A stretch of 64,000 bases of DNA from assembly GCF_027921745.1 (NCBI RefSeq), contig NC_079238.1, forward strand, positions 1,302,001 through 1,366,000, read 5' to 3'. The notes under the pieces are model-generated. The model was given only the letters and a program-made list of their open reading frames with translations. It was not told where the DNA came from and did no database searches. This DNA comes from Schizosaccharomyces osmophilus (taxonomy: Eukaryota). The stretch's first letter is position 1; each line of letters opens with the position of its first letter. A program made the translations under genes and the position numbers. Shown here piece after piece: positions 50,483-61,853 of the stretch.

Positions 50483-52298
50483 ATGTTTCCTTACAATTCT
50501 GCGTCTCCATCCTCGAGACAGAATGAGAAATCTATTAAACAAACGTACAGTTCAGACAGAGCAGTTGCTAAAACCACCGGCAATGATCTTTCCGATGATG
50601 AGCTGAAAAAAATTAGTTCTATGTCTGAAAAGATAGTATGAATGAATCTGCGTGAAAACTGCTGCTAATTTATATTAAGGAGCATTTGGAAGCCGAAAAC
50701 AAGGTTTTGACAGCAGAAGTTGAAGAAAAAATAAAGAGCTATCAAAGAGAAATGGTAAAGGCATTTTCATATCAACTTATTAATATCCAGAAATCCCTGC
50801 AAACCGAAAAGCTTGAGATCAGTGAGCAAAAAAGGCATATTCGGGAAAGAGCTAAGGACTTGGAAAAGGAAATGGTACGAAAAACATTATGCATCCGCTC
50901 TCTAATTACGTTATAAAGTCTAAATTGGATTCTGATATGGACGAGCATCGAACGCTACAAACTGAAATCCTTGCGGAACATGTAAGTGAAGACTTTTTAT
51001 GATAGACAATTAACATAACACGAGGAGAATTTTCAATCCATTACAAACGACATAAACCGGTTTTTCAATGTTTTAGGACTAAAGGATTGCCCGGCCCATG
51101 AAGAGCTTCTCGAAGAGGAATCTCGACTTGAAAGAGAATACGATTCGATCAACGAAGCATTGCAGTTAGCAATGCCAAAATCTAAATCATTGCTTAACAT
51201 ATTATGCGCTGTTACCAATTCTTCACAGAATATCCCAGTCGATGCTAATGCTGCATACTTATATCCTTCTTGTCTACTAAGACCAAAGTCACTAATTACT
51301 CAGGACTCATTAACTTTAGAACCAAAAGATTTAGAGCTTGTTGCATTTCATTTAAGGACGCAACAGGAAATTAAAGAAAAGCGGGTTGAACAAATATCCT
51401 CTATTAACCAATTTATTGAACATATTGAAACATATTCTACTAATTTAAGTTCGCAAGATGTTAAGTTTAAGGAAAGTTCAAAGGATCTCATGGATAAAAT
51501 ACTACTTATGAAAGCAAATTTGAGTAAATCATTGGTATGGATGTGCTATCTTACCTTAACTAACTTTTAGTTTCTTTCACGTGAGAAGGCGGATCAAAAA
51601 GAGCTTTCAATTCAAAATATTTCAAGAGAGATCGAGAAATTTTCTTCTGTTCGAAAAGTTGAGCCGAAGGTAGAGAAATATCGAAACGCTTTACGAAACA
51701 TTCGGGAAGTAAAAAACCGTGACAACCTTCCGTCCACGAACTATAAGTATAGTTATCCTTTAGAGTCACCGCCTATTGTTCAAAAATATCATTTGTCACA
51801 AGAGCCACTCCTTACCGAACCGGCTGTCCTGGAGTACTTAACACAAGTGGATTCATTTGCTAACGATGAGAAAGCTATGAGAGTTATTAGAGCCAGATAC
51901 CTAAAACTTACCGGGCGCCCTTTAAAGGATTGGAACTACACTAGCCCTATTTATGGGAGAACTATAGAAGCTGCTAATTTAATACTGCATAATCCACGCT
52001 TTGTTTCGCTTAAACATCTTCATGTGACTCTTCGTGACACAAACAATATAGTTTGGCTTGCTGAAGTTTGGTGTGATGATTACGTTAGAGGAATTGGCCA
52101 TTCTTTGAAGAAAGGAGAAGCTATCCAAATTGCAGCAGAGCAAGCAACACTTCAATTTAAGGTATGCTGACTTCATTGCTATTACTAATTCATTAGGACA
52201 TAACTAGCGAGGACCTATTAGTTATGGGACAGCGACATTCCACCGTTGTACAGGATCTGTTCCTTGGGCATCCACTAAGTCTTTCCTCGTCAAATTAA
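50483..52298 (+). CDS. Uncharacterised ~525-aa protein with N-terminal coiled coil and C-terminal dsRBD-like domain; exons 50483-50635, 50680-50754, 50791-50874, 50919-50981, 51025-51534, 51571-52161, 52197-52298
   Basis: Six 35-44 nt introns with donors GTATGA, GTAAAG, GTACGA, GTAAGT, GTATGG, GTATGC and branch-like CTAAT/TTAAT/TTAAC/CTAAC join into one stop-free frame; C-terminal VWLAEVWCDDYVRGIGHSLKKGEAIQIAAEQA. Confidence 0.8.
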
Positions 52299-52424
52299 GG
52301 GCCTAACAAACTGAGGAGTTTATGTACTACAAATTTACGGTCAATTTGTTTTCTACCGTCGCCCCATAATTTTATTTTAATTATCTATTCAGTCGCATAA
52401 ATTAATCACTTTGCTAATTTGCTT

Positions 52425-54554
52425 TTAATATTTTTCCCGATCAGGAGCAATCAAACATAAGGCAGGTAGAATGCTGTTAGCCTTTAACAGCATCTCTTCA
52501 TATTCACCTAATGGAGTACTTAGGACGGTTACGGCACCACCAGCCCCAATTCTCCATAGGCTGTCTTCATTGTACTTAAAAGCTGATCGAATTATCACGT
52601 TAAATTCTGAGGAACCAGTAACATCCCAATATCCTAGCGTTCCGGAATATATACCACGACCGTAGGGCTCTATTTCCTCTAGCATTCGAACGGTTCTTAA
52701 CTTAGGAGCACCTGTCATGGATCCTGGAGGGAAACACTTCGCTAAAACATCCCATGCGGTAATAGACTCGTCTACTTGGCCGTATATATGCGATAGAAGA
52801 GAGTAAACATTAGGATGCTCCTCAACTTGATAGAGTTGGGGAACTTCAACTGAATCTTTCTTTGCCAATTGATGTAAGTCATTTCGAATGAGATCAATAA
52901 TCATATTCAATTCTGCTGTATCCTTAGAATTTAATAGTTTACTTCTTGCTTCTTCGTAGGTCATTTGTGAACCTTTTTTTAGAGTACCCTTGATAGGAGA
53001 AAAATGACATGTTGAGTCTTTGTATTTCATAAACCTTTCTGGTGAGCAGCATAATAAGGTTAAATGAGGAAAACGAAGAAACCCGGCAAAAGATGATGGG
53101 TTATGTGAACGGGCACTTAGATACAAGTCATAGTCCGAAAAATTTGGATCGGTATATGCAAATGTAGTATCTGTTAAACACATTTCATAGGAATCACCGT
53201 TTAGTAATCTTTGTTGGCAAATACGCACACGGTCAGTATAATCCTGCTCAGTCGGTTTTTTTATCGTCGATCCATGACCATGATGCTTGAGTTTATTTTT
53301 ACTAAACTTTTGAAGATCGAAAAGCAGGTCTTCCCACCAAATTTGTAATGAATCATCTGAAGGATACAATGTTTGAACATAAGCTTTTTCTTCTTCAAGG
53401 TCAAACACAATTGATCTATCGACAAAAGCAAGCTCAGCATCAACGTAATTCCTTTGATTTTTTTTTGTATCGTAGGTAAATGATGATGCTTCGGCTATTG
53501 ACCTGGAAGAATAATCGCTGCATTCGTAGCCAATTGCTCCGATAATGCCGCCATGAAATGGTAAAGCCGATTCAATAGGGAACGCTTTATGCTCTTCCAT
53601 GAATTTCGCAACTATTTCCCAAAAATCCCCATTATACGTTTCCTCGAGATTGTTTTGACAATTCACAATATAAGTGGTATTTATCCATTTTTTGTAACGG
53701 ATAAAATAAGATAAAGGACCCTCAAAAAAGCCGATAATGGAAAACTTTCCTGGCTTTTTAGCTGAATCCAAAAAACAAATTGGCTTATCTGCATTGTTAA
53801 GATATTCAACAACCGTCAGAGGATCAGTCCACGGTATCTCTTGGCTAGAGATCCGCATTGAAGGTGTTTTCGGATTTTTTATGAAAGGAGATGGTTGAAT
53901 TTCTAGGACATCAAAGCCTGTCTCCGTGGAAGATGTAGAGTTGTCCGTTCGAAATTTTTCAACAACATTGAAGAAATTCCTCACAATGCTAACGGCATCA
54001 GATGATCCAATGCTTTCTGGATGATAAAGGATTCCATAATGTGGCTTTTCTATTGCCTCAATTGCCATTACGATTTGATCTTCTGTTGACTTTGCAAGGA
54101 CTCGAAGAGCATTAGTGCGGATAGAATCAACATACAAGCTATGATATCGCATTCCTTTGACCGAAGGCAAATTGCGATAAATCGAATCGTTCGTGCTTAG
54201 TATGCTAGAAATCCTTCCATGCCACGGAAGTGTAGGCATTTTGTCTACTGAACATCCATAATGCAAAGCAAGAGATTGGAAACCCAAGCAAATTCCTAGC
54301 GTCGGTACATCAGAGTTCCATATTTTTTCAAAAACAGAAGCATATTCAGAGGGGTTTCCGGGACCGGGTCCTACAAAGATGGCGTCAAAACAGGTAAGAC
54401 TATCCCACAGATCAGGACGAGCTGTATCCCAGTGTACAGTGGTAATGGAGCATTTACTAGAAGCACGCTGAATCAAATCATGTATATTAAAGGTGTAGGA
54501 ATCGTAACAGTCCACCAACAATATTCGTAGGGGTTTTTCCTCGCCGTTTATCAT
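52425..54554 (-). CDS. abz1: Aminodeoxychorismate (PABA) synthase, fused PabA-PabB
   Basis: DCYDSYTFN, GPGPGNP, LGICLGFQ, RYHSL, YHPES (GATase); FPPGSMTGAPK, IGAGGA (chorismate-binding). Confidence 0.95.
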   Translation of the reverse strand: MINGEEKPLRILLVDCYDSYTFNIHDLIQRASSKCSITTVHWDTARPDLWDSLTCFDAIFVGPGPGNPSEYASVFEKIWNSDVPTLGICLGFQSLALHYGCSVDKMPTLPWHGRISSILSTNDSIYRNLPSVKGMRYHSLYVDSIRTNALRVLAKSTEDQIVMAIEAIEKPHYGILYHPESIGSSDAVSIVRNFFNVVEKFRTDNSTSSTETGFDVLEIQPSPFIKNPKTPSMRISSQEIPWTDPLTVVEYLNNADKPICFLDSAKKPGKFSIIGFFEGPLSYFIRYKKWINTTYIVNCQNNLEETYNGDFWEIVAKFMEEHKAFPIESALPFHGGIIGAIGYECSDYSSRSIAEASSFTYDTKKNQRNYVDAELAFVDRSIVFDLEEEKAYVQTLYPSDDSLQIWWEDLLFDLQKFSKNKLKHHGHGSTIKKPTEQDYTDRVRICQQRLLNGDSYEMCLTDTTFAYTDPNFSDYDLYLSARSHNPSSFAGFLRFPHLTLLCCSPERFMKYKDSTCHFSPIKGTLKKGSQMTYEEARSKLLNSKDTAELNMIIDLIRNDLHQLAKKDSVEVPQLYQVEEHPNVYSLLSHIYGQVDESITAWDVLAKCFPPGSMTGAPKLRTVRMLEEIEPYGRGIYSGTLGYWDVTGSSEFNVIIRSAFKYNEDSLWRIGAGGAVTVLSTPLGEYEEMLLKANSILPALCLIAPDREKY

Positions 54555-55116
54555 TTATAAGAGAATGGTTGCAAAATTAGTTTGGAATATTTCAAAGTTT
54601 TTCCAAAATCATCAGCACTCCCCTACGAATATTAATATTAGAAAATACAAGAGTAACAGACTATGTAATAAGAATTAGCTTACATACAATGAGTATGGCA
54701 AGAAGAGACGTACAAGAAGACGGATATATAATCGACTTTTGAACTTCCCGCCAATGTATCCGAACACCAAATTTGAAAAGTATGCTAGACGTGTGTTTTA
54801 GTAAGTCAGTGCTAGTTGAAGCATTTTATTCGCTACAGGTTATTTTCGCACCGCAAAAGAACCGCGACTTTATATGTATTAAAATAATAGTTCCAAAATT
54901 GATGTTTCATATAATATTTAATAACTTACTTAAATAAGGAGCATTTTCGGGATGTTTGTTTCTTACTTATAACCAAATTTTTCTTCGACTACTACAATTC
55001 GTTTGTCTACCGACTGGCTCTTCATGATTTTCTTAATTGATTAAAATTTAACTTGATTAAATTTGCATTTTAATTTGATATTCTTCGGTCGTTTTTATTG
55101 ATCATTCAAAGTGAAG

Positions 55117-55560
55117 ATGCACAGATTTGGATCAAAACAACAATCTGCAACGGCAGCAAGAAACAACAGTTACTCAACCCCTCGAGCCGGAGTTTCGACG
55201 CAGAAGAATAACTTCTTAACGTGCATGCGATGCAAGCTAACTAAAGGTCGTAGTGAATACAACGATACTCAATGGCAGAAAGGGTATCGATATTGGAACG
55301 GTAGAATTATAGCCATTCCTGATCCTAAGGTGATTTGCTCATCATGTCAACCGAAACAAGCCGCCATACTAAATTGTCCTGCTTGTGATGAAGACAAACC
55401 TCTTACTGCGTTTTCAAAGTCTCAACGATCTAAGATGGCTCCAAGGTGTCAAAATTGTGTCAAATTTCAAAGAAATGAGGGCATTGAAGATCTTGATGAA
55501 GAAGCGTTTGTCGATCCCTTTGAGGATGATGAGGACGATGACTTTAATTTTGATGAATAG
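55117..55560 (+). CDS. stc1: Stc1 tandem zinc-finger protein linking RNAi (Ago1) to CLRC
   Basis: Four CxxC pairs (CMRC, CSSC, CPAC, CQNC) with K.L.AFSKSQR motif and acidic tail; syntenic position; first ATG at 55117. Confidence 0.85.
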   Translation: MHRFGSKQQSATAARNNSYSTPRAGVSTQKNNFLTCMRCKLTKGRSEYNDTQWQKGYRYWNGRIIAIPDPKVICSSCQPKQAAILNCPACDEDKPLTAFSKSQRSKMAPRCQNCVKFQRNEGIEDLDEEAFVDPFEDDEDDDFNFDE

Positions 55561-55894
55561 GACTCTGAACGTTGATGTCTTAAACTAGTCCTAGACAAAT
55601 TGTACTAATCATTGATCCTCAAGACAGTTATTGTTTTTTTGAGGACGGGAAAATGTTATAAAGACATAATGGTTTGTTGTTAGGATCTTGAAATCAGTAC
55701 AGCATTAGAAGCTTAGCAAACATCGTACCTCAAAAAGCAAAACGAAGGCCAAGCAAAAAGACTAATTACTCTGAGATTAGAAAGTAATTTATTTCTAATT
55801 ATGAACATTTTATTGGGATTCATTTAAGTTTCATATTAAAAGTACGAATTATGAAGACTTTAATGATTCCACAATAATACAATAAATACAACAG

Positions 55895-58375
55895 CTATCG
55901 AAGCCCAAATCCTTTCGTTTCATATATCGCTCGATTTAGTTTTTGCTCTAATTTTTCTTTGGTGGAATATTCCCAGATGCATAGCTGGTTGAAGCAAGTA
56001 TGAGCAATTGGAAGCTTCTCAGTATCTGGTCCTAGTATAGAAACTCGAAGCTGGATACTTTGAATTCCCGTTGCTGGAATACGATCACTTCCTGTCATAA
56101 AAACGAGTAATCTTCGCTGTTTTTCTTCTGTGAGGCTAAAAATTACATCCCAAAGCCAAGCAATTGCAAGGGTTTTTTGAACAGCATGATTATTAAGCAT
56201 GTGAGACCGTCTCTCATGCACCCTGCCGCTTTGCCTACATACCGTCTCGCGATTATACATGTCGTACGTGCACGTTGCACGTAACAAATCCCAATTGATG
56301 TGTTCCTCATTTCCCCTAACTAATTTTTCAATCTCTTGCTCCTGAAAAAGCGAGAGAGCATTTCCTCCGCAGACCTTTAAAAATCCCTCTTGAAAGGTCG
56401 AAAATGGAGATTTAACGGATTTGTTTAGTAAATAATCGGAATAAGCTACCACGTATTCCCTTTTGTTTTTATTGTCGAGGCTTATATATGACCCATCCTT
56501 GATGAGTTCCACAGTTTTGTACCCCCTTTCTGTTGGTACGTTAATAGTAAAATTCAATCCGTACGTTTCTTCAACGTCTCCTTCGAATTCCAGCAGCGCC
56601 CGGAGTCCATTAGTTAAAGATGGTCGAAATTCTGCCACATCATTTAAAGTAAGAGGAAGACCTAGAAGCTTTTTATAACACACAGGAGGTAATCTTACAT
56701 CAAGGTTCACCGAGTTATAGACAGCCATACCCATGAGCACGCCAACAAGATGATAGTACTCTTTGTTGACGGAAGCATTATCAGTATTGAACCAAACATA
56801 GTCCGTCTGTTCATCAGGATAACTTTCAAAAAGCCCAAAACTAGGATCAAAAATTTCACGACTAAGCAGCAAAAGCCATTCCTTTTTTAGTCCACCAGCA
56901 TCCACGCCCTCTTCATTCACAAATTCGACTTTAAGAGATTTTTTAAGGTCAATTCCTGGTTTGCTCACTTGTCGTAAGCTGTCGGCCAGGAGATGATTCC
57001 GTCTTACGCGAAGAATAAGATAAGGTTCGACTGCTTTTTTTGAAAGGATAGAAGAGAAAAAAGCCTCCCTTGCTCGATACTCCATTTGTCGGCGCGTATC
57101 AAATTGCATAATTTTCACTTTTGCTCCCATGGAAAGTAGGAAAGGATACTGGCAGAATGTAAAATAATTTCTCTTTTGCTCCCAAAGTTCAAAATCTTTA
57201 TTCAGGTTGACATAGTCAACCATGGTACAGTAAAAAGAGCTTTTAACGACAAGATTCATTTGGCAGTTTGCTCCATACAAGAGGGCCATGCTGATGGCAG
57301 CAGCACGAATCTGCCAGTCAGCATTATAAGAATAGTTGTATTGAATTCGTTCGCACTGCTTAGACAACCGTTGTCCAATAAATCCATTGACAAGGTCTAC
57401 CTTATCCCGAAAAAAACTGGCTTTCCGATATGGGCCTTGTGTAAACCAGCAAATGAAGTATCGATGCGCTTCATTTCCAAGATTGGAAAGAATTCCCAAA
57501 ATTCTCTTTAATATCCCCAATTTGCTATGCTTCTTATCTCTGTTATTGTACGTAATGAGTGGATTCTCCAGGAGAATTAACAAAAACCGATAATGAGTAA
57601 TATCATAACAGTGTTGTTTCGGTCGTCGAAGCAAACAGTCGGTCGCTTTCAATACCTCTTCCATAATAGATGGATCTAAACTCATGAGTTGTTCATACAT
57701 CAGCCATATATCGTTGAAATTGAGCCCACAGGTTTTGTACACGCGTTCGGTGGTAGAAAAGGTTTGCAGAAGTATGTATGAGTTGCGAAACAAACGGGAA
57801 AGGAATTGTTGCAGAGACAAGATAGCCATAGTATATGTCTGTTTGTCTTTTTTCCGTCTAGCGTTTTTTAGACAGGAACGTGTTTCCTTAATCTTTTGAA
57901 ACACAAGTGCGGCTGAGATGGTTGAAGGATTATCTTCCTTTTGAGAATGGTCCAACTTGCCATGGACTGGATGCAAGTCGTTTATGGTCAGACAAACAAC
58001 ACATCGAAAGCATGGCACTGTTTTTGGATATCGAAGACTACTTCTGCAGCAAATACAGGTCCCCACCACCTGAATATTGTTAGTTGGATTGTCATCATAC
58101 GGTCTCTCGATTACCATTTCTATTTCTTCATTTCCATGGTTGTTATGACTGTCTTTGGACGATCCCGGCCATCGAAATCCTACGGGATTTCCACCCATCT
58201 GCTGAAACACAAGCTCCTTGAGTTTTTCAGATACCTTTATGTGTGCATCAGAATAGGTTCGTGAGGTGCAAGGAGGCTTATCTGAACCCAATTGCTCATG
58301 ATTATTTGATTCACATTGTTGTACCCGAGAAGTATGGTTAGCAAGTTGGGTAAAGCTATGTGCAGAAGGCGGCAT
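55895..58375 (-). CDS. mug30: HECT E3 ubiquitin ligase (Hul4-like) Mug30
   Basis: FTFCQYPFLLS, EEGVDAGGLKKEW, FMTGSDRIP, LPIAHTCFN catalytic Cys. Confidence 0.9.
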   Translation of the reverse strand: MPPSAHSFTQLANHTSRVQQCESNNHEQLGSDKPPCTSRTYSDAHIKVSEKLKELVFQQMGGNPVGFRWPGSSKDSHNNHGNEEIEMVIERPYDDNPTNNIQVVGTCICCRSSLRYPKTVPCFRCVVCLTINDLHPVHGKLDHSQKEDNPSTISAALVFQKIKETRSCLKNARRKKDKQTYTMAILSLQQFLSRLFRNSYILLQTFSTTERVYKTCGLNFNDIWLMYEQLMSLDPSIMEEVLKATDCLLRRPKQHCYDITHYRFLLILLENPLITYNNRDKKHSKLGILKRILGILSNLGNEAHRYFICWFTQGPYRKASFFRDKVDLVNGFIGQRLSKQCERIQYNYSYNADWQIRAAAISMALLYGANCQMNLVVKSSFYCTMVDYVNLNKDFELWEQKRNYFTFCQYPFLLSMGAKVKIMQFDTRRQMEYRAREAFFSSILSKKAVEPYLILRVRRNHLLADSLRQVSKPGIDLKKSLKVEFVNEEGVDAGGLKKEWLLLLSREIFDPSFGLFESYPDEQTDYVWFNTDNASVNKEYYHLVGVLMGMAVYNSVNLDVRLPPVCYKKLLGLPLTLNDVAEFRPSLTNGLRALLEFEGDVEETYGLNFTINVPTERGYKTVELIKDGSYISLDNKNKREYVVAYSDYLLNKSVKSPFSTFQEGFLKVCGGNALSLFQEQEIEKLVRGNEEHINWDLLRATCTYDMYNRETVCRQSGRVHERRSHMLNNHAVQKTLAIAWLWDVIFSLTEEKQRRLLVFMTGSDRIPATGIQSIQLRVSILGPDTEKLPIAHTCFNQLCIWEYSTKEKLEQKLNRAIYETKGFGLR

Positions 58376-59348
58376 TGGATTTTAATGTCTTTAAAAAGAA
58401 TCCTTTCCCTACTCTTCTGATTTTCTGATGAAGCAGTTTGTAGAAAGAGTAATAAAGAAGCGTCTAAGCAACGATGCAAATTCTAGGGGGAGTGATACGA
58501 ATTGTTCTTTAATATGGATTGTTTAAATCAGAATATCATTACAAAATAATGCGTCGAATGCGACTCACTAGTGCACTGCCAGTATCTCAGCGAACCTGAA
58601 TTAATGATTGCGTAGCCGCCGACTATGACTTGTTTCGTCAATGTAGCATCACAGACCAAGTTTTTGTACTTTTAGAAGAAAGCTTGTATAGAAGAAGGAA
58701 GGGAATTTATTAAAGGGAACAAAGCTTTTCTTGACTTATTGATAGGATGAACATCTTTCGCATCAAGGACGTGTGAATACTTAACATGCTGAACGTATGG
58801 CCAAAACAATCTCGGATTGTACGTTGATTGCTGATTATTGGAGTATGAAGTTTGTTTTGATTCAAATGAAAGAGGACTATAATTGAGACTTTGACAATTT
58901 ATGGAATTAACCACAAGCCAAGTCTCGAAAGGTAGTCAAATTTGACCATTATGGCTATATAAGAGTGAACGATTTTTCTAATTTCAGAGACTGGAATGTC
59001 GTATTACAAGGAAGAAGGTAAGGCTCGCGATTTCTGAAAAGATTGAAATCACCATCGCCCTTGTAAATCAAGGATTTGTTGAGACACAAAAACAGAAGCG
59101 ACAAAACTTGATGATGTATGGATTTTATCATTTCTTTGACATTTAATTTTATTAAAATTGAAAGGTTGGATTAAAACGGCCTGTGATTTATTATTTTTTG
59201 TAATATTTTGTATAAACAAGAAGAAAACAAGCGACATGCGAAAAACTACAGCAAAACAGAGGAAAGCATCGTGTGGGAGAATTTCATCATCATAGAGTCA
59301 AGGTGAACCAGGATTTACGAAATCCACCAAAAAATTCATGGTCATAGA

Positions 59349-59359
59349 GTAAACAAACA
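59349..59359 (+). promoter_or_regulatory. Extended FLEX motif GTAAACAAACA about 1 kb upstream of mug30
   Basis: Exact 11-mer match to the Mei4/forkhead FLEX consensus. Confidence 0.45.
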
Positions 59360-59591
59360 TCCTGTAAGCGGTGAAAATCAAAGGGATTGCATTGCATCTT
59401 CATAAAAACAAACAGGTCATTACCATTAAAAAAAAGAAGGAAAAATTCAAGAAACCATTACCACAAATTTTCGTAACCGGCATTGTCTTAACTTGGTTAA
59501 ACGGAGTCTTTTTTTTTTTCTTCCTTTTCACTTTTATAAGTCGTGTACACATTTTACAGTAATGTAAAATAAAAGTAATGCTGTGACATTT

Positions 59592-60377
59592 TTAAAAAGA
59601 GGGACGCGTGTTCCTTTGGATTGGCGGAGGGGCAGGAACAGTTCCTGCAGAAGGCGTACTGTCCCGAGATGCCAAACGTCTAGGTTTGGGAGGAGCTGGT
59701 GGAGGTGCTTTCTTTACGGGTTTTGATAAACCAGGCTGAGGAGCAGTGTTCATGTCTGAAGTTTGAGCTGAGCGACGTAGAGGCGGTGCTGGAAAGTTGT
59801 TTTTCATAGAACTAGATAGCATAGAAGGAGAAGGTATGGAAGTACTAGAAGTATAGGGAGGTGGAGGAAGAGAAGCAGACTCTTCCCTTGTAGAAGAAGA
59901 AGCCAATGGTGAGCGCACAGGAGGAGGAGGAGGAGGGGCACGTCTTGAAGAGTTGCTTAAGGCAGACATAGGTGGAGATGGACTAGTTAAGCTAGGCGAT
60001 TGAGTCGCAATAGTTTGTTTAGGCAGAGAGGATGCAGTTTTTGTTGGACTGCTTGAACGTGACGAACTGGGATTCAATTGGGAAAAGTGTTTGGGAGGAG
60101 GTGGTAAAGTTGAAACATCGACATGACGGATACTTAAACGAGGACCATTTCCATATACGGCCCTTGTATCGTACATAGGACCATCTCGAAATTCCGCTAA
60201 AGAAAGATTGGTTAAAACCTTTTCCATGAAAAGAACTTATGCATTTCTAGTCCGTCTCTAAAGATAATAGAAAATTAAATATTCATACATACCAGGTAGG
60301 TGAGCGTTCAATTTTTGTTGAGCACGATTGGCAGAACCCTGTAAAGAGCCCAACGATTTCTTTCCATCGAACGCCAT
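59592..60377 (-). CDS. Proline/serine-rich protein, ~229 aa (probable SPBP8B7.26 orthologue); exons 60377-60293, 60196-59592
   Basis: ATG 60377 MAFDGKKSLG...; intron 60292-60197 GTATGT..TTAAC..TAG joins the Pro-rich ORF with many PxxP/PPPY motifs. Confidence 0.75.
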
Positions 60378-60946
60378 TTGAATGTACAAGAAGTCAATTC
60401 TTTCCAAAGTACTTGTTCAGATTTTGTTCTTTTTAGTTTTAAGTGTAAAAAGAATCAAAATTCGAGTTGAAAATAGTAAAGATGGCTTTCGGACCACAAA
60501 GTGAGTGTTTAGTGAAGGATGTGTGAGTTCAGGCGATGCGTCCAACTTCATCAGGTCCATTCCAAGAAGCAGGAAACGCCTCCATTTACAGGCGAATAAA
60601 ACAATACATCTTAAATTGAATAGAAATCGCTTATATTGACAACTGCAAAGAATAAACGCAATGTAAAACCATCTAGATAAACAACCATGCTACATTTATG
60701 AAAAAGAATCTTAGCGAAAATACTTGCACTACAGATGAAAAACAAAAGGAATACATAAGATCGAAGAAATATCCATTATTTAGGCGAATGTCACTAAATA
60801 GTAGATTCCTTTACCGTAAACGGACAGAATTCATCTTTGTTTAAGGCAACGCTTTATTTCGAGAAGGCTACAATCATACAGGGTAAAATGTAGGAAATAA
60901 AGGAATATTCATTCCGTTGTTGAAACGTATTCGTACGTCTAGGAGC

Positions 60947-61853
60947 TTACAACTCATCGGTTCCTTCATTGTTTTCTGACTTGGAAAGAATACCAGATTT
61001 GGCAATGACGATGTCAACAACAGGACGATCACGACTATTCGTTTTAGTCTTGGAGATCTTTTGGATGATTTCGTAACCAGAAACGACTGTAGGTTAGCAT
61101 ATGAAAAGAAGGTTTTGGACAAGAGAATGTCACAAGTTATAAGGACGTACCTTCACCAAAAACGACATGATGACCGTCCAACCAGGGGGTCTTCGTGGTG
61201 GTGATGAAGAATTGAGATCCATTGGTATCGGGACCAGCGTTTGCCATACTCAATAAACCAACGCGGTTATGGCTGATCTTGAAGTTTTCATCACCGAAAC
61301 GAGGTCCATAAACTAGGTCGGTCAATACACAAAAGTCCACCTACAAGGAATCGGCACTTGCAAAGAAAGCCATGCAATATTAAATATAGATTACACGTGC
61401 CCCTATACAACAATTGACTTACTTGATTTTCCACCGGTACCATCATGGTTTGTAAAGTCTACGAGAAACGTGTTAGCTGATGTGTAGAAAGACAAGATAT
61501 AAGACAAACCTCCTCCTTGGATCATAAATTTGGGAATCACGCGGTGGAAGGAAGATCCTTCGTAGCCAAAGCCCTTTTCTCCGGTTGCTAATGCACGAAA
61601 GTTTTCAGCCTAATAGTACGGGACATTGTCAATAATTTGTTTTAGGAATATGAGATGCATTGTAATTGTCTTTTTTAGTCCTTACCGTTTTAGGGACAGT
61701 TTTTCCATACAAACCGAATTCGACACGTCCCAAGAACTCGTCGCCCTGTTTCAAGTCAAAGTAAACATTCTCCGTAATAGTAGGACCGCGATTAGCTGCG
61801 CAAAGAACAGTAAACAAAGCGGAAATTAAAAGGCAGAAACGCAACCAGTACAT
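60947..61853 (-). CDS. cyp4: ER cyclophilin B-type PPIase Cyp4; exons 61853-61686, 61609-61510, 61458-61423, 61312-61151, 61086-60947
   Basis: Signal peptide; [45 protein letters not shown]-terminal TDEL retrieval-type signal; four introns. Confidence 0.94.

Noticed and set aside
50483..52298. Orphan gene as a wtf meiotic driver
   Set aside because: No hydrophobic TM segments, no N-terminal PY motifs, no flanking LTR or 5S rDNA; the protein looks soluble and coiled-coil
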